Origin: an uncultured bacterium | GTDB taxonomy: Bacteria; Patescibacteriota; Minisyncoccia; Phycocordibacterales; PALSA-1337 | Length of the DNA stretch: 64,000 nt | Assembly (NCBI GenBank): GCA_903839725.1 | Contig: CAIMDG010000002.1 | Location: 65,078-129,077, forward strand | Reading direction: 5' to 3' | In this document: in pieces, positions 62,601 through 64,000 of the stretch | Layout of the letters: each line of letters begins with the position of its first letter | Position numbering within the stretch: position 1 is the first letter of the stretch | The notes under the pieces: generated by a model | Seen by the model: only the letters and a program-made list of their open reading frames with translations | Databases searched by the model: none | Told to the model about the DNA's origin: nothing | Program-made: the position numbers and the translations under genes

Positions 62601-63260
62601 CTATGTATGCATATCACGAATCATACGCAAACTTGCCCGAATAAACAAATACAAATCTTTCTTAAAGTAACGAACATTACACGTACCATGACCAAAGCCA
62701 TTCTTGTAAGTGAGATCGCTTAATTTTGAATCTTTAATATATGGCTTCTTAAAACAACTTTGTGGCACTTTCAAATACTTTGACCAAAACACTCTTTCAA
62801 CATCATAATCCATATCTTTATATAAATGAAGTACCACAGACACCTGATTATTTTTTACACCAAATTCATTGAGCCATCTTAAGAAAAACTTGAGGACATC
62901 AGGGTCAGTATTTGCAACTGCCACAGTACAAGGGGCCGATTTTGTTCCTTCGCCCCAATACAAATATAATCCAGCCAGTATTCTTTCTCTTCTCGATAGA
63001 GAACCGTATTGTTTTTTAACTTCTTCAAAAACAACATTTTCTTCAGCTATCCTTTTTCTTTTCATTGTCTCTCTAAACTTTTCAATGCGCTTAGGATTCT
63101 TACCACGCAATAATTGTATCTGATCATGAGAAAGTGGCATGCCACTAAGCCAATTACTCAATGTAGATTTACTCACATTAACTAATCTACGGATTTGATT
63201 GTAACTAAAACCTTTTCTACGTAATCCCACAACTTTTTCTCTTTCTTTAATTTTAGACAT
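62601..63260 (-). CDS. HTH plus LAGLIDADG-like domain protein immediately upstream of a tRNA
   Basis: LRRKGFSYNQI..VSKSTLSNWL HTH; LAGLYLYWGEG..ANTDP..FFLRWL. Confidence 0.7.
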   Translation of the reverse strand: MSKIKEREKVVGLRRKGFSYNQIRRLVNVSKSTLSNWLSGMPLSHDQIQLLRGKNPKRIEKFRETMKRKRIAEENVVFEEVKKQYGSLSRRERILAGLYLYWGEGTKSAPCTVAVANTDPDVLKFFLRWLNEFGVKNNQVSVVLHLYKDMDYDVERVFWSKYLKVPQSCFKKPYIKDSKLSDLTYKNGFGHGTCNVRYFKKDLYLFIRASLRMIRDMHT

Positions 63261-63334
63261 GAACCAATAATATCATTATTCTTAAAACAATAACAATAGT
63301 TCTTTTTTGAACATGCCTTTCTTTTCGAAAATTT

Positions 63335-64000
63335 CTATTTCCCCAATATTTCCCCTTCTTTCTTTTTGAGCACTATTCCCTGTGCAACAATAATAGTTTC
63401 ATACTCTTCACGTTCAATAGTCTCTTTTTCAACCAATCTGCGCGTAACCAATTCAAAAGCTTTTTCATGCTGTGAGAGAACTTTTTCAGCAACACCACGG
63501 GCTTCTGTCATGATGCGAGATACTTCAGCATCGATCTCTGCTGCAACTTTCTCTGAATATTCACGGTCACCAACACCCTGACCGAACAATGTCTTGCCTG
63601 CAGAACTTTCGAGAGCGATCGGACCAATCTTTTCTGACATGCCGTATTGAGTAACCATACTACGCGCAAGTGCTGTGGCAACCTGAAGGTCATTTGAAGC
63701 ACCTGTTGTGAAATCGTCATACATCATGCGTTCAGCAACATACCCTCCAAGTGAAACGGCAATATCATCCAAGAATTCCTTACGTGACTGCAATTTACGA
63801 TCTTCGAGTGGCAATTTGAGTGTGTAACCTGCAGCACGACCGCGTGAAATGATAGAAATCTTGTGCACAGGATCTGCATGAGGAAGTACCGAAGCAACAA
63901 GCGCATGACCTGCTTCATGATATGCAGTGATCTCTTTTTCTTTTGCAGAAAGGATGTGACTACGACGTTCTGGGCCGAGCATGACTTTTTCGATTGAACG
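63335..64000 (-). CDS. ftsH: ATP-dependent zinc metalloprotease, C-terminal part
   Basis: AYHEAGHA, LGGYVAE, TTGASNDL, MVTQYGMS. Confidence 0.96.
   Translation of the reverse strand, partial: RSIEKVMLGPERRSHILSAKEKEITAYHEAGHALVASVLPHADPVHKISIISRGRAAGYTLKLPLEDRKLQSRKEFLDDIAVSLGGYVAERMMYDDFTTGASNDLQVATALARSMVTQYGMSEKIGPIALESSAGKTLFGQGVGDREYSEKVAAEIDAEVSRIMTEARGVAEKVLSQHEKAFELVTRRLVEKETIEREEYETIIVAQGIVLKKKEGEILGK

Overview
A 64-kb stretch of a bacterial chromosome in the standard code (TGA is used as a stop). Gene content and style point to Patescibacteria/CPR, probably Parcubacteria; this is an inference. The supporting features are a PilQ-less type IV pilus/competence cluster (pilM/N/O/B/T/C/D, several pilins, comF), a shortened RF2, tRNA-Ile(UAU), -10 boxes about 6 nt upstream of start codons, and many orphan single genes. 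Housekeeping genes include tgt, pyrG, ftsEX, prfB, gatCA, ligA, tyrS, recG, ftsH (partial) and ndh, plus 9 tRNA genes. The most notable structure is non-coding. (1) tRNA-Thr(GGT) is split by a 190-nt group I intron just 3' of the anticodon, followed directly by a free-standing HNH endonuclease and a second tRNA-Thr(CGT). (2) Two dispersed families of long hairpins have conserved loops, while their 28-44-bp arms differ between copies yet are perfectly self-complementary within each copy. (3) A RAYT-type HUH transposase with five 17-bp REP palindromes sits between two pilin genes. (4) Palindromic elements are inserted in frame in pyrG, recG, ligA and tgt. (5) An ORF-less RNA of about 235 nt is bounded by a consensus promoter and a terminator. 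(6) A rare tRNA-Ser(ACT) is present. (7) tRNA-Asp and tRNA-Ser(GCT) have flanks with a tRNA end / antisense / duplicate layout. No searches were run: products come from motif recognition, and coordinates were counted by hand.
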